A stretch of 64,000 nt of DNA from the NCBI GenBank assembly GCA_043777315.1, contig JAYVPW010000150.1, positions 1 through 64,000 of the forward strand. The letters are read 5' to 3'. This document shows positions 40,835 through 49,857 of this stretch, piece by piece. Source of the stretch: Spartobacteria bacterium. GTDB lineage: Bacteria; Verrucomicrobiota; Verrucomicrobiia; Chthoniobacterales; Chthoniobacteraceae. Positions within the stretch are counted from its first letter, which is position 1. The number at the start of each line of letters is the position of its first letter. A model generated the notes under the pieces. The model saw nothing but the letters and a program-made list of their open reading frames with translations, made no database searches and was not told the origin of the DNA. Made by a program: the position numbers and the translations under genes.

Positions 40835-43222
40835 TTAATAGATCAGCGTCAGCGTCAGAAAGGCGTTGTAGAGGAAGCTATCCACCTTGCCTTCCTGGTC
40901 CTGAGGGCCGAGGCCGGGGACGCGTTCGGTGTTGCGACGGTAGATGTCGCGGTAGCCGCCGCCGGGGACGAAGAAGCCGACGCCGGCGGAGAGGATGATG
41001 TTATCGGTGAGCAAGGGCCGATATTTGAAGCCGAGGCTGGTGTCGAGGCCGAGGTCGTTGCGGGCGCGGTTGGTTTGCAGGGCGACTTCGATCGGCTTGG
41101 TCTCGGCGAGCCAGATGTAGTTCACGTTGACGAAGGCTTTGAGCTTCGGAGTGACGTCGATGTCCGAACCGACACCGACGATCATGACACCGGGGTTGAC
41201 GAAGTTCGACTGACCTTCGCTCTTGCTCGTGCGCAGGTCTGGGACCAGGGAGTCGCGTTGCTTGAGACCTACCGAAGTGCCGCCGAGATTCGGGCCTTCG
41301 TGGACATACCAACTGAAAGGTCCGCCGATGAAGAACGGGTTGTCTTGAATGCTATCGAAGCCTGTGGCGGTGCGGTTGTTTGGGTTGCCATCGCCGCTGG
41401 CGTAGAAGCCGGAGAGCTTGAGGCGATACCAGTCGCGATCGTAACTCAGTTCCAGCGCGGCCATCTGCGCGTTGATCGTGACCTTGCGCCCGGCCAGGCT
41501 GTTGAAGTTGTCTTCGCCCGTCACCTCGTAAAAAGCGTGGTTGATGTTGAAGCGTCCGATGTGTCCATCACCGGTCCATCCGAAGTAGAAGGCCTTGACT
41601 TCATGCCCGCGCAAGCCGCCGTCGCGCCCGGTGAAGTCACCATTGTCTTTGACGGTGCCGAAAGGTGACGGGCGGGTGAGGAAGCCGTTCTTGTCGTAGT
41701 GTGTCCCGCCGTCGTCTAGGTTCGCGTGGAAGCTGAACTGCGCGGTGTAGCCCTTCCAAATGGCATCCTGCCGGAAGACGTTCGCGATGATGACGTCCTG
41801 ATGCCGTGACTGGAAAGTGTTAAGGTCGGAGTAGGTGTCTTTCTCGCGCTGGTTGAAGTAGGCGAGGTTGTATTGGATCCGGTTGTTATCGAGGTTGCCG
41901 AAGATGCGGGCACCTAGATTGGTGTCGGCAAAGATGAAGCCGCGAAAATCACTGACAAAGGGCTGGATGCCCCAGCGGGAGGAGATGAAGTCGTAGTTGT
42001 CGGATAGGTCTCCGATGTGGATCTCGGCAAAGGCCTCCTGCAAGGCGAAGAAGTCGCGGTGCCGGTTGGTGTAGCGCGTATTCTCCAAGTCCTTGCGCCC
42101 GTTCTTTCCGCTGCTGTGACGATCATCCTTCTTCGCCTGACTCCTATCCCGCACCTCATTCGTCTGCGGATCCACTTCCACGAGCCTTTTGGCATTGCCC
42201 GTCGGGGTGAGCTGCGGCGCGATGAAGTTGAAGGCGTCGCCGGGGTTGACGGTTTTGGTGAAGTTGGCGGGGAAGCCGCCCTTCGGATTCACATTGTCAC
42301 CGTCAGTCGGGATGGACTGCAGCTTGTCGGTGCTTTGCGCGGCCTTGTTCTCGTTGAACTCGGTCCCGCGCGGGTCTGGATCGATGTTGTTGTTCTCGCG
42401 GACGCGGGTCCAGTTCTGGTTATAGACACCGAGGACTCGGATCAGCCAGTGGACGGGCTTGAAGGCGGTCTCGCCTTGAAAGATGTCGATGGCCAACGAT
42501 GTGTCATTCGAGAAAAGCATCTGCTGGCTGCGCCCAAAGAAGTCGAAGCTGTTCGGCTGCGCGGTGCTGACGCCGCTGGGAGTGGGAAGCTTCCGGTATT
42601 CATAGAGGGAAAAGTTCTTTGCCGTGAGGTTGAGAAAAATGTCCTGCCCGATGATCGGCACGTCACCTTTCAAGGTGCTCTGCCGATACGGATGCCAGAG
42701 CGCGGGCGTCTCGTACTGGTAAGGTGTCTCGTGCGTCGGGTCGCGGTAGCGCGTCCAGTGCGGAAAGTTGAGGAACCAGCGGTTCGGCACCCCTTTGGAA
42801 TGCGGCAGCAGGCCGAGACCCTCGCGGCCCATCGGATACTCGGGATACTCCCAGACTTTGTTGATCGGTGCCTGGCCGTGGACGCCGCGGCGCGGGAGCC
42901 TGAGCCCGCCGGGAGCCGTGGACTCGGCGCCGTAGTTGGGCCGGAGTTGCACTTGATCGGGGAAAAGGAAGTCGCTCGGCTCCGGGCTGCGCTCGGGCGT
43001 GAGTCCGTGGGTCGGGCCGTCGCCGCCACCGGGGTCGGGGTTGAATTGCAGCGGCGATCGCGGAGGGGCGGAATCCTCGGTGCCGGGCTCGTGATGGCCG
43101 TAAAACGGGCGGAGAAAAGGCGAACCGCTTTTGAACTTCGGCCCCGCCTCCTCGGCGGGCGAAGGAGTGGCGCAAAGCAGGGAGACGATGCCGGATGCGA
43201 GCCAGCGCGAAGCCGGATACAT
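40835..43222 (-). CDS. putative outer-membrane beta-barrel-like protein, 795 aa (signal peptide MYPASRWLASGIVSLLCATPSPA)
   Basis: beta-strand-like alternating aromatic/polar pattern throughout, C-terminal ...FLTLTLIY; no named family recognised. Confidence 0.45.
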   Translation of the reverse strand: MYPASRWLASGIVSLLCATPSPAEEAGPKFKSGSPFLRPFYGHHEPGTEDSAPPRSPLQFNPDPGGGDGPTHGLTPERSPEPSDFLFPDQVQLRPNYGAESTAPGGLRLPRRGVHGQAPINKVWEYPEYPMGREGLGLLPHSKGVPNRWFLNFPHWTRYRDPTHETPYQYETPALWHPYRQSTLKGDVPIIGQDIFLNLTAKNFSLYEYRKLPTPSGVSTAQPNSFDFFGRSQQMLFSNDTSLAIDIFQGETAFKPVHWLIRVLGVYNQNWTRVRENNNIDPDPRGTEFNENKAAQSTDKLQSIPTDGDNVNPKGGFPANFTKTVNPGDAFNFIAPQLTPTGNAKRLVEVDPQTNEVRDRSQAKKDDRHSSGKNGRKDLENTRYTNRHRDFFALQEAFAEIHIGDLSDNYDFISSRWGIQPFVSDFRGFIFADTNLGARIFGNLDNNRIQYNLAYFNQREKDTYSDLNTFQSRHQDVIIANVFRQDAIWKGYTAQFSFHANLDDGGTHYDKNGFLTRPSPFGTVKDNGDFTGRDGGLRGHEVKAFYFGWTGDGHIGRFNINHAFYEVTGEDNFNSLAGRKVTINAQMAALELSYDRDWYRLKLSGFYASGDGNPNNRTATGFDSIQDNPFFIGGPFSWYVHEGPNLGGTSVGLKQRDSLVPDLRTSKSEGQSNFVNPGVMIVGVGSDIDVTPKLKAFVNVNYIWLAETKPIEVALQTNRARNDLGLDTSLGFKYRPLLTDNIILSAGVGFFVPGGGYRDIYRRNTERVPGLGPQDQEGKVDSFLYNAFLTLTLIY

Positions 43223-43309
43223 CGGGCGGGAATGCGGAGAGGGCACCGTTTTTCGCACGGCGGTTGATTGGCGGAAAGCTCGCGGAGTCGCAATGTAATT
43301 GTCGCGGCA

Positions 43310-45178
43310 ATGAAAAATCTCGCGCGCCTCGCGCTTCAAAGTTGCGATCCGGTTCCGCCCTGCTATTCCTCCGGCGTGCAGCCGTTTTTCCCGGGTTACT
43401 CCTTCGTTTGCGCCGCGCTCGCCTTCGCTCTCCTCGCGGGCACCTCTCGTGCCGAGACGGCGCAACTCACGCAGGGCGATGTCACGAAGATCATCGCGCA
43501 AGCCGTGGAGGAAGCGCGACGGATCGATCCGAACGCGATCATCGCAGTGACCGACCGGGAGGGTTTTCTCCTCGGGCTCTGGGACGTGCGAGGGAATCTC
43601 CCGACTCCTCTCCCGAACTTTGACGTGGGTTCATTTGCAGTCGTGAAACTTTACAGCCTCGTCGCCGGGGCGATCACACGCGCGAGCACGGCGGCATTTT
43701 TGAGCAGCAATCAGGAGGCCTTCACATCCCGCACGGCGGGCTACATCATCCAGCAGCACTTCCCGGTCGGCGTGCGGAATACGGGCACGGGCCCGCTCGT
43801 CGGAGTTGGGTTTTCGAGCCTCTTTTACAGCGATGTGAATCGGGTGAAACTGATCCCGCCGGGCTTCGATGGCGCGGATCCCATCGACGCAAGAAAGTCT
43901 CCGGGCGCACGCGCCCCGGCGTTTCCGCTCACCTCCCTCAACGACTCCCCGGGCGGCGTGCCGCTTTACAAAGATGGCCAGCTCGTCGGCGGTATCGGCG
44001 TCACCGGCGATGGCTCGCCGACCGACCTGACCCCCGCCGGCGCGATCTTCTTCAACCAGACGCAGCGCGACGCGACGACGGGTTTCAAAATGGGCGAGGA
44101 CCAGGATGAGTTCGTCGCGCTCGCGGGGCAGACCGGCTTTCGCCCCGCCGATGAAATCGTCGCGACCAACGTGCTCATCAACGGCATCCGCATCCCGTAC
44201 GTTTTTCCGCGGCTGGAGGACATCCGCGATGCCGGCGATGCCGGACCGCTCGGAGAACACGGGCACGCGATCGACGTGCCGGCGGGAAAAGGGCCGGACA
44301 CGCCTATTTTCGGCCCGGGCTTTGTCGTGGGACCGGGCGGGGCGCTGATCCCGGTCACGATCCAAATAGGAACAACCCCGGGCGCGGCGGTTTTCGCCAG
44401 CGGATCGCCGCAGGCCTCGCCGGCCGAGTATCCGTACGAGCACAAAAACCTCGGCGGCTTCGACGGGAAAATTCGGTTTCCGTTCCGCGACGATCCGCAT
44501 CTGAGCGACCCGGCTCGCAGCAAAATCCAAGGCGCGCGGCGGCTCGATGCGGGCGAAGTCGAAGGGATCATTCGCCACGCCGCCGAGCGCGCCTTCATCA
44601 CGCGCGCCGGCATCCGCCTGCCGGTCGGAACGAGCGCCAAGGTCTTCATCAGCGTCGTGAACAATCCGTTCAAAGCCGGCGAGCCGCCGGCGATCCTCGG
44701 CGTTTTCGGCACCGGTGAGCCGACGATTTTTTCCTGGGATGTCTCCGTGCAAAAGGCGCGCACTGCCGTCTTTTTCTCGAATCGTCAGCTCGCCGAGTCT
44801 TCGCGCACCGTCGGCTTTCTCGCGCAACGCTTTTTCCCGCCGGGCCTCGATGGCCGTCCGCACGGCCCGTATTTTGGATTTCAGGAAGCGGTCACGCTCA
44901 GGCAAAAACCCGGCACTCCCCCGCATGCGCTCGGCTTTCCCGGCAATCCGAACCTCCCGAACGGCATGACCATTTTCCCCGGAGGCTTCCCGCTTTATCG
45001 CAATGGCCAGCTCATCGGGGCGATCGGGATTTCCGGCGACGGCGTCGATCAGGACGACATCATCGCCACGAGCGGCACCGTCGATTTTCTGCCGAATCCG
45101 AACATCCGCGCCGACAACTACATCTACCGCGGTGCGCGTCTCCCCTACGTGAAATTCCCGCGCGATCCGGTGCGCTGA
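43310..45178 (+). CDS. secreted protein with two tandem GlcG/HbpS-like (DUF336) domains
   Basis: duplicated motifs GGIGVTGDG and GAIGISGDG; start ATG 43310 (MKNLARLAL...) preferred over alt-start 43268. Confidence 0.65.
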   Translation: MKNLARLALQSCDPVPPCYSSGVQPFFPGYSFVCAALAFALLAGTSRAETAQLTQGDVTKIIAQAVEEARRIDPNAIIAVTDREGFLLGLWDVRGNLPTPLPNFDVGSFAVVKLYSLVAGAITRASTAAFLSSNQEAFTSRTAGYIIQQHFPVGVRNTGTGPLVGVGFSSLFYSDVNRVKLIPPGFDGADPIDARKSPGARAPAFPLTSLNDSPGGVPLYKDGQLVGGIGVTGDGSPTDLTPAGAIFFNQTQRDATTGFKMGEDQDEFVALAGQTGFRPADEIVATNVLINGIRIPYVFPRLEDIRDAGDAGPLGEHGHAIDVPAGKGPDTPIFGPGFVVGPGGALIPVTIQIGTTPGAAVFASGSPQASPAEYPYEHKNLGGFDGKIRFPFRDDPHLSDPARSKIQGARRLDAGEVEGIIRHAAERAFITRAGIRLPVGTSAKVFISVVNNPFKAGEPPAILGVFGTGEPTIFSWDVSVQKARTAVFFSNRQLAESSRTVGFLAQRFFPPGLDGRPHGPYFGFQEAVTLRQKPGTPPHALGFPGNPNLPNGMTIFPGGFPLYRNGQLIGAIGISGDGVDQDDIIATSGTVDFLPNPNIRADNYIYRGARLPYVKFPRDPVR

Positions 45179-45547
45179 TTATTTGGCCGCCGCGCGATAT
45201 TCGCGCAACGCCGCGCCGAGCCAGTCGGCGCTCGGGATGGTCTTTCCGTCTGGCATTTCGACGAGGTAGGGCTTGCCGCTCAGGTGGCTCTGTGAGCCGG
45301 CGAGCCGGATGAAATCCTCGGGCGTTTTCACCTCTTTTTTTACGTAATCGTACTTCCGCTGCATGAGCTTCGCCGCTTCCGCCGCGTCGTGCTCGCTGCC
45401 GTTGCGAATGAAGATCAGCCTCGAGTCGGCGACATGTTTGATCAGGTAGGCGACGGTCTCGTCGGTCGTCGGTGCAGCCTCCGCGCGCAGCGCAAAACAT
45501 CCGATGAATAGGCCGGGCAACAGTGCGAGAAACGAGCGGGTTTTCAT
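45179..45547 (-). CDS. small secreted hypothetical protein (~122 aa)
   Basis: signal peptide MKTRSFLALLPGLFIGCFALRAEA. Confidence 0.45.
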   Translation of the reverse strand: MKTRSFLALLPGLFIGCFALRAEAAPTTDETVAYLIKHVADSRLIFIRNGSEHDAAEAAKLMQRKYDYVKKEVKTPEDFIRLAGSQSHLSGKPYLVEMPDGKTIPSADWLGAALREYRAAAK

Positions 45548-45656
45548 CGCGGGAAAATCGTGACCGACGACCCGCGCGGTTGCTTTCCCCTTGTTGTTCA
45601 CGGGGCCGATTTTACGATCCGCCGGGATTCCACCTCAACTGATTCCCGAGCCGATT

Positions 45657-46490
45657 ATGATTCTCAAACACGCCATTCCCTTCGCTTTCGCCGCGTCCGT
45701 TTTGCTGGCCGGCTGCGCCTCGAAATCGGTTTTGCGCGGCCCGATCACGGATGCGCCGCCGGTGCGGAGCGCGTCGTTTCGGCAGGCGATGGGGAGCGTG
45801 ATCGGCACGCCCTTTGTCCCCGGAAATCGCATCACCACGCTGATCAACGGATCGCAAATTTTTCCCGCGATGTTGAGCGCGATTCACTCCGCGAAAAAAA
45901 CGGTCACCTTCGAGACTTTCGTCTTCGAAAAGGGCGAGGTTCCGCAGCGATTCGCGGAGGCGCTCGCCGAGCGGGCGCGGGCCGGGGTGAAGGTCCACGT
46001 CATCCTCGACGCGCACGGCGCGAGCAAGTCGCGCGCATACAATTCGCTCTTCAAATCCGCTGGCGTGCAGGTCGAGCGCTACCACCACATCTTTTATCCC
46101 GACGTCCGCCGGTACAACAACCGCACGCACCGCAAGCTCCTCGTGATCGACCAAAAAGCCGTCCGGCGCGCGTCCCGCAAACGCTGGAGCAAGCTGCTCG
46201 ATGCCGGGATCGAGATCTACGAATTCGAGCCAACGATGATTCACAGCAAGCTTCTCATCGCCGACGGGCTCTTCGTTTCCATCGGTTCCGCGAATTTCGA
46301 CAACCGCTCGCTGCTGCTGAACGACGAGGCAAATTTCGACGTGCTCGACGCCGGATTCGCCGCGCAGCAGGCGCGGCTTTTCGTGCAGGATCGGGCGCGA
46401 TCGGAGAAGGCGACCGCTGAGAAAGTGAAGGGAAAAGTCGCCGAGAAACCGGCGCAAGCCGTGCAGACGCCGGTCGAATCGCAGCTCTGA
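45657..46490 (+). CDS. phospholipase D/cardiolipin-synthase-family lipoprotein with two HKD motifs but an apparent ~130-aa internal deletion between them
   Basis: lipobox LLAGCAS; HKD1 THRKLLVIDQ, HKD2 HSKLLIADG...GSANFDNRS separated by only ~35 aa. Confidence 0.55.
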   Translation: MILKHAIPFAFAASVLLAGCASKSVLRGPITDAPPVRSASFRQAMGSVIGTPFVPGNRITTLINGSQIFPAMLSAIHSAKKTVTFETFVFEKGEVPQRFAEALAERARAGVKVHVILDAHGASKSRAYNSLFKSAGVQVERYHHIFYPDVRRYNNRTHRKLLVIDQKAVRRASRKRWSKLLDAGIEIYEFEPTMIHSKLLIADGLFVSIGSANFDNRSLLLNDEANFDVLDAGFAAQQARLFVQDRARSEKATAEKVKGKVAEKPAQAVQTPVESQL

Positions 46491-46495
46491 TTTTC

Positions 46496-47245
46496 ATGCG
46501 CATCGTCCTTAAATTTGGCTCCGGGATTCTCGCGAATGCCGAGGGGAACAGCCTCGATCGGGCGCAGTTCGAGCGGCTGAGCGCGGAGGTCGCGGAGCTC
46601 GTGCGCGACGGGCACGAATGCGTGATCGTCTCGAGCGGCGCGGTCGCCGCCGGATTGATGGCGCTCGGGCTGAAAGATCGGCCCGAAGAGCTCGCCGCGC
46701 GGCAGGCGTGCGCCGCGGTCGGGCAGTCGAAGTTGATGCAGCTTTACGCGACGATGTTCGAGAGCCACGGGCTGAACGTCGCGCAGCTCCTCCTCACCCA
46801 CGGCGACCTCGACAGCCGCACCCGTTACGCGAACGCGCGGAACACGCTCGAGCATTTGCTCACGCGAAAATCGGTCGTGCCGATCATCAACGAGAACGAC
46901 TCGGTGGCCGTGGAGGAGCTAAAATTCGGCGACAACGACCGGCTCTCCGCCGAGGTCGCAATCCTCGCCCGCGCGGACCTGCTCATCCTCCTCACCAGCG
47001 TCGATGGATTGCTCGACGGCAGCGGCGCGACCGTCGGCGTGGTCGAGGACATCGATGCGGTTTCCTCGCTCGCGCGGCAGGAAAAAGGACAGTTCTCTGT
47101 CGGCGGAATGATCTCGAAATTGCAGGCCGTGAAGCTCGCCGTGGAGGCGGGGATTTTGACCCAAATCGCGCACGGCCGAAAGGCGCGGCAGATCGGCGAC
47201 ATCGTCGCCGGCAGGCAGGTCGGGACGAAATTCCTGCCGCGCTGA
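46496..47245 (+). CDS. proB: glutamate 5-kinase (no PUA domain)
   Basis: MRIVLKFGSG..., VVPIINENDSVAVEE, FGDNDRLSA. Confidence 0.85.
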   Translation: MRIVLKFGSGILANAEGNSLDRAQFERLSAEVAELVRDGHECVIVSSGAVAAGLMALGLKDRPEELAARQACAAVGQSKLMQLYATMFESHGLNVAQLLLTHGDLDSRTRYANARNTLEHLLTRKSVVPIINENDSVAVEELKFGDNDRLSAEVAILARADLLILLTSVDGLLDGSGATVGVVEDIDAVSSLARQEKGQFSVGGMISKLQAVKLAVEAGILTQIAHGRKARQIGDIVAGRQVGTKFLPR

Positions 47246-47262
47246 GGACGCGCTTGTGCAGT

Positions 47263-47425
47263 CCGGGTAGCGCATTCGTCCCGAGTGCTGGTTTCGGCGT
47301 CTCGCCGAAACGGACTTTCCTGACGCGTCAGCCTCCACGGACGCGTCTTGAGAATCAGACGTTTTTCAAAGTCCGTCGCGGCGGGACGCCGCGACCAGCA
47401 CTCGGGACGAGTGCGCTACCGGGAA
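47263..47425. repeat. MITE-like inverted-repeat element, copy c (~163 bp)
   Basis: arms CCGGGTAGCGCATTCGTCCCGAGTGCTGGTTTCGGCGTCTCGCCGAAACGGACTTT / rc. Confidence 0.8.
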
Positions 47426-47545
47426 CGGAGTTCCCGCGCGGGTTGTCAACCGATACGCCTCCGCTACCCTCCCGCTCGCGTGGTCCAGCTCATCCTCCAA
47501 CTCAGCCGGGCCTTTCTCCGCGACGCGCGCGCGCGGCGGACGCTG

Positions 47546-47785
47546 ATGTTTTATGGCGTGATCATCGCGCTCGTCCTGCTCTTCATCGGCGCGACTTTTC
47601 TCGACGATTGGCCGCGCGAGCATCCGGTTTGGTTCGTCGGATATTGGGCGGTCTGCGCGTGGCTCACGCTTGCGGTCGTGCTGCTCGCGACATTCGACAT
47701 GCTCGTGCTGCGCGCGGCGGCGCGGAAAGAAAGGCAGCGGCTCGCGCGGCAAGTTTTGCACGACGACTTGGAATCCGGCCGATGA
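47546..47785 (+). CDS. small two-TM membrane protein (79 aa)
   Basis: MFYGVIIALVLLFIGATFL...WAVCAWLTLAVVLLATF; stop overlaps the dgt ATG (ATGA). Confidence 0.45.
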   Translation: MFYGVIIALVLLFIGATFLDDWPREHPVWFVGYWAVCAWLTLAVVLLATFDMLVLRAAARKERQRLARQVLHDDLESGR

Positions 47786-48981
47786 GGACGCGCGCCGAAT
47801 TCGAGGAGATCGAGCGGGAGAAACTCGCGCCGTTCGCGCAAAAATCGGGCGATTCGGCGGGCCGCGACCATCCCGAGCCGCGGCATCCTTTTCGCACCGA
47901 GTACGAGCGCGACCGCTCGCGGATCATTCATTCGCGGGCCTTCCGGCGTCTCGAGTACAAGACGCAGGTCTTCCTCAACGGGCAGGGCGACCACCTGCGC
48001 ACGCGCCTCACGCACACGATGGAGGTCGCCTCGATCAGCCGCACGATCGCCCGCGCGCTCGGCCTGAACGAGGATCTCGCCGAGGCGATCGCGCTCGCCC
48101 ACGACCTCGGCCACGCGCCTTTCGGGCACTCCGGCGAGGAGGTGCTGCACGAGCTGATGTCCGGCCACGGCGGCTTCGAGCACAACACGCAGAGCCTGCG
48201 GATCGTCGAGCTGATCGAGCAAAAATATCCGCGCTTTTCCGGGCTCAATCTCTCGTGGGAAGTGCGCGAGGGGCTGAAGAAGCACGCGAAGTTTTACGAC
48301 CCGCCCGAGCCTTCCGCCGACGGCGAAAAACTTTTCTGCCCGTCGCTCGAAGCGCAGATTGCGAACCTCGCCGACGAGATCACGTACTACAGCCACGACC
48401 TCGACGACGGCATCGACTTCACGCTCATCACGCCGCGGCAGCTCGCGGAACTCGATGTGTGGGAGGAAAGTTACGCGGAAGTGCGCGCGAATTTCCCGAA
48501 GCTCCGCGCGAAGGAGCTGCACAGCTACGTCATCCGCTGCATCATCGACCGGCAGGTGCAGGACGTGATCGCGACCAGCGACGAGCTCATCACCGCGGCG
48601 AAAGTCGGCAGCGTGGACGATGTGCGCCGGCAGAAAAAACCGCTGATCCGCTACAGCCTGCCGCTGCTCACCGCGAACAAAAAGCTGCGCCGTTTTCTCT
48701 ACAAAAATCTCTACTACCACCCACGCGTCGCCGGCGTGAATCAGCGTGCGTGCGGGATGCTCCGGCGCGTCTTCGCGGCGTATCTCGCGGAGCCGGAATT
48801 GCTCGGCGCCTCGACCGCGCGGCGGGTGGCGCGGGATGGTTTGCACCGGACGGTTTGCGATTATCTCTCCGGGATGACCGATCGATATTTGCTCGAAGAG
48901 CACGCGCGTCTGATCGAGGGAAAAAGCGTCGAGCTCGTGGCGCGTGGCGTGCCCGATCATTTGAGCCGGCGTTGGGAGTGA
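47782..48981 (+). CDS. dgt: dGTP triphosphohydrolase-like HD-domain protein (Dgt family)
   Basis: HD motif HTMEVASISRTIA...LAHDLGHAPFGHSGE. Confidence 0.8.
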   Translation: MRTRAEFEEIEREKLAPFAQKSGDSAGRDHPEPRHPFRTEYERDRSRIIHSRAFRRLEYKTQVFLNGQGDHLRTRLTHTMEVASISRTIARALGLNEDLAEAIALAHDLGHAPFGHSGEEVLHELMSGHGGFEHNTQSLRIVELIEQKYPRFSGLNLSWEVREGLKKHAKFYDPPEPSADGEKLFCPSLEAQIANLADEITYYSHDLDDGIDFTLITPRQLAELDVWEESYAEVRANFPKLRAKELHSYVIRCIIDRQVQDVIATSDELITAAKVGSVDDVRRQKKPLIRYSLPLLTANKKLRRFLYKNLYYHPRVAGVNQRACGMLRRVFAAYLAEPELLGASTARRVARDGLHRTVCDYLSGMTDRYLLEEHARLIEGKSVELVARGVPDHLSRRWE

Positions 48982-49004
48982 GCGGCTGCGCGGGGGGAAG
49001 TGTC

Positions 49005-49137
49005 GTCATCCTGAGCGAAGCCCGGCTCTGCGGGCGCAGTCGAAGGACCTCTTACTTTTCCCCCTCCTCAATCCGCGCGTCGTCGGGGGAAAAGTAAGAG
49101 GTCCTTCGGCTCCGCTGGCGCTGCGCTCAGGATGACC
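49005..49137. repeat. inverted pair of family-B repeats (copy 4 reversed at 49005-49054, copy 5 forward at 49085-49137) forming a ~130-nt hairpin between convergent genes; candidate bidirectional terminator
   Basis: GTCATCCTGAGCGAAGCCCGGCTCTGCGGGCGCAGTCGAAGGACCTCTTACTTTTCCCCC ... GGGGGAAAAGTAAGAGGTCCTTCGGCTCC...GCTCAGGATGACC. Confidence 0.75.
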
Positions 49138-49162
49138 GGATGGAACTCGCGCTGACGCAAAT

Positions 49163-49819
49163 TCACCGCGCGTCGTCGCGCAGAAATCCGAGCACGCAGC
49201 GGAGCCGCTCGGCCACATCGAGTTGCTCGAGGATTTTTTGCCGCCGCGCCGGGTCTCCGAGAAAAGTATGCGCGACGATGTCGCCGACGAGTTCGGGGTT
49301 GGAGACTTTCGCGAGCTGTTCGTCGAACCCCGCGGGGACACTGATACCTTTGGCCCGCAGCTCGCCGCAGAGATCGAGCACGGAGGCCGCGAGCGCGCGG
49401 GTCTCCACCGCATCCCCGCCTGCTGAATGAAGCCCGCGCAGTTCCGCGATGCGGAAAGGCCCGTCCTGCACGAAGCCGGAAAGACGCACGCGCGCGAGAC
49501 CCTGGAGCACGAGATGGAACGTGCCGTCGGGCTGCGCCACGCACGCGCGCACCAGGCCGAGGCCCGCGATTTCGTGAAAGTCGGCGGGCGATTTCGCTTC
49601 GCTGAGACCGGGGCGCATGAGGGCGACGCAGAACATTCGGTCGCGTTCGAGGCACCACTCCAGCATCGCGAGATAGCGCGGCTCGAACAGGCGCAGCGGC
49701 AGCAGGGTCTTCGGAAAAAGCGTGGCGTTCGGCAGCACCATGACGGGCGCTTCCAGCGGAAGACGGAGCGATTGGGAGCCGGTGTTTTTCACGCGTGCGG
49801 TTTCGGAAAGGTAGCACAT
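49163..49819 (-). CDS. LON substrate-binding (Lon N-terminal) domain protein
   Basis: LPLRLFEPRYLAML... Lon-N signature; true start may be the internal Met at 49741. Confidence 0.7.
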   Translation of the reverse strand: MCYLSETARVKNTGSQSLRLPLEAPVMVLPNATLFPKTLLPLRLFEPRYLAMLEWCLERDRMFCVALMRPGLSEAKSPADFHEIAGLGLVRACVAQPDGTFHLVLQGLARVRLSGFVQDGPFRIAELRGLHSAGGDAVETRALAASVLDLCGELRAKGISVPAGFDEQLAKVSNPELVGDIVAHTFLGDPARRQKILEQLDVAERLRCVLGFLRDDAR

Positions 49820-49857
49820 CGGTTGGCGGATGGAGCCCGCTCCGATAGGCTCGACGG

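Noticed and set aside
46618-48981. 787-aa ORF spanning proB 3' end, the MITE copy, a small gene and dgt
   Set aside because: Only the last 399 aa (from ATG 47782) have dGTPase HD-domain homology; the upstream part is an Arg-rich read-through across a repeat element and an out-of-frame gene.
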